DNA of 64,000 nt from Podarcis tiliguerta (Eukaryota), in assembly GCA_965153285.1 (NCBI GenBank), contig OZ229110.1; one strand, 5' to 3'. The notes below the pieces were generated by a model. That model ran no database searches. It was not told the DNA's origin and worked only from the letters and a program-made list of their open reading frames with translations. Positions 61,904-64,000 of this stretch are shown here, piece by piece (position 1 is the stretch's first letter; each line of letters begins with the position of its first letter). A program made the translations under genes and the position numbers.

Positions 61904-62043
61904 GTATAAAAGCAAGTGGATCCGCATTGAACGGAACCGGGAGAAACAAATGATTGACCTGCATACGGGCACCCCCTGGGAATCTGTCACCTTCACAGCA
62001 ATCGGTAGCAACCGAGAAGTTTTCTTCAACATCCTGCAGGAAG
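61904..62043 (+). CDS. BCS1L: BCS1L coding exon 2
   Basis: [46 protein letters not shown]. Confidence 0.97.
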
Positions 62044-62633
62044 GTACAATAGCTCTCCTTGGTTGTAGTGGTGCCTGCTGGCAAGGGTGGGTAATACATT
62101 TAATGATGATGTTGGCAGTAGGAATGAATAGATCAGTCTATTTCTGGGCCCAGGTTTGTTTTACATGTGTTCTTTAGTAAGTCCATTCCATCCTGTTTCT
62201 GCATTAATCTGCAATTAAAAAAAAAACAAATATGCAAAAAATCATGTTTAAATACATACCTAAATATATTTTTATGAAGTAGCTATGATTGTAGCTCATT
62301 GTATGGATTTCTAAATGTATTTTATTCCAAATTATGCATTTTGCATGCCTTTGGGCATTTTTTGAACTGAAAACTGTGTTTCAAAATTTAGAGAAGGCCA
62401 AAGTCTGATGGCTAGTTATGTTCTGTTCTGCACCTGATTCCAGGAGGTACAAATTATATCACTCTGCATCAGAGTTCACAGAACTCCAGTTCCTTAAGTA
62501 CCCCTACTTAGAGCTGGGGCTATCCTCCAAATTGACACATTCTCTTTGGTGATGCTTCCTTGCTTCTTTGTTATATTTAGCAGACAGGCGATTTCCCTCT
62601 ACCTCCTTCCCATCTGTATCCAGATGTGCAGTT

Positions 62634-62871
62634 AGAAGAGTTTGGATTTGATATCCCGCTTTATCACTACCCGAAGGAGTCTCAAAGCGGCTAACATTCT
62701 CCTTTCCCTTCCTCCCCCACAACAAACACTCTGTGAGGTGAGTGGGGCTGAGAGATTTCAAAGAAGTATGGCTGGCCCAAGGTCACCCAGCAGCTGCATG
62801 TGGAGGAGCGGAGACACGAACCTGGTTCCCCAGATTACGAGACTCTTAACCACTACACCACACTGGCTCTC
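62634..62871 (-). mobile_element. Squam1-like SINE
   Basis: Minus 5' GAGAGCCAGTGTGGTGTAGTGGTTAAGAG tRNA-like A-box, GGTTCG B-box, and tail ...gcgggatatcaaatccaaactcttct. Confidence 0.8.
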
Positions 62872-62916
62872 TAACCAGTTAGCTCCCTTTCCTCAGCTTT
62901 GTTCCTTTCTCTGCAG

Positions 62917-63111
62917 CCAAAGAATTGGCTCTGAGGCAGCAAGAAGGAAAGACGGTGATGTACACAGCCATGGGGGCTGAATGGCGGCCATTTGGTTTCC
63001 CACGACGTCGGCGTCCGCTCACCTCTGTAGTGCTTGAGAAAGGAGTGTCCGAGAGAATTGTGCAGGATGTGAAAGAGTTCACTGGTAACCCCAAGTGGTA
63101 CATTGATCGAG
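62917..63111 (+). CDS. BCS1L: BCS1L coding exon 3
   Basis: [40 protein letters not shown]...NPKWYIDR. Confidence 0.97.
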
Positions 63112-63825
63112 GTGAGTTTACCTTTCAGGGAGTGACATTCAGATACCCTCACAACCTGAGCTTTTCCTTTATGAGCTAAATTAAGGCAGGTGGGATGCCA
63201 CTTACGGAGCCAGTATATCCCATTATTTAGCCCAGATTATCATTCTCAATGCCCTCTGCTATTGCGCACAAAGGCATCTCTGCGGCCTTCTGCATCCCTG
63301 TCATTTCCAAACTGTCTGTGCCTTCTTCCTGCTTTGGACTCCCAACTGTCATGATGCCTCTCTCTTCTGATGAGTGCAGCGGGAAGCCTCTTCTTACCTC
63401 ATTGCAATCTCTACAACAGCCCCTGCATAGTCTCAATCCTTGAGAATTAGGAACTATCCCTTACTTTCTATGAGAGAGACTGTCCTAGCTAGTCTCTGCA
63501 CAGCCAAGTACTGATAAACCAAACGTTCACTAAGTTTCTGGCATTTGCCACAATATTTTGTATCAACTGTTTGCCAAGTTGGTTAAAGTAATGCTTTTGT
63601 TCAGGGTGCCCTAAACCTTTAGGGTGGCAGGAAATTGGGTACTCTGTCAGAGCCCTGTGCAATATATTTCTTTATCAGCAGCTGGAATTGGCCACTATGG
63701 AATGAGCTCAAGGAATCATCGATCAGCTCATTCTTATTCTCGGGTGTGATGATGGTAGCTCAGATTTCATAAGAAGTTGGAATAGGCTGAGTTTTCTGCC
63801 TTTTGACTAGCCTCTTTGTCTGTAG

Positions 63826-63889
63826 GAATCCCCTATCGGAGAGGATACCTGCTGTACGGGCCCCCAGGTTGTGGAAAGAGCAGTTTCAT
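63826..63889 (+). CDS. BCS1L: BCS1L coding exon 4 (Walker A); gene continues beyond window
   Basis: GIPYRRGYLLYGPPGCGKSSF(I); tgtAG| and AT|GTGAGT. Confidence 0.96.
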
Positions 63890-64000
63890 GTGAGTACCAT
63901 GTCCTCAGCTTTTCTTCCCAACCCCCAACCCCCCTTTTCTCAAAGTTGTTGACCATGGATACAGTCTCTGAGGGGTACCTCCCTGGGCACCTTGTGTAGC

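Overview
Vertebrate genomic DNA. The repeat content (BovB, Sauria SINE, Squam-type SINEs, lizard MITEs) points to a squamate, probably a lacertid lizard (inference). The window holds the conserved syntenic block CNOT9(RQCD1) - PLCD4 - ZNF142 - BCS1L: the last coding exon of CNOT9 (+), a complete 15-coding-exon PLCD4 (+, 761 aa when spliced), a complete 8-coding-exon ZNF142 (-, 2013 aa when spliced), a CpG-rich bidirectional promoter, and the first four coding exons of BCS1L (+, runs off the window). All exon junctions were checked by hand for phase. The most notable non-routine signals are a U12-type AT-AC intron in PLCD4, two identical GC-AG donors in ZNF142, a Tyr-to-Phe change at a normally conserved PI-PLC active-site position, a stack of uORFs in the ZNF142 leader (one with a splice-created stop), a triplicated ACCATAGAG promoter motif, and a speculative antisense spliced micro-ORF inside PLCD4 introns. 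I cannot support a wholly new biological system from sequence alone; the speculative items are marked as such.
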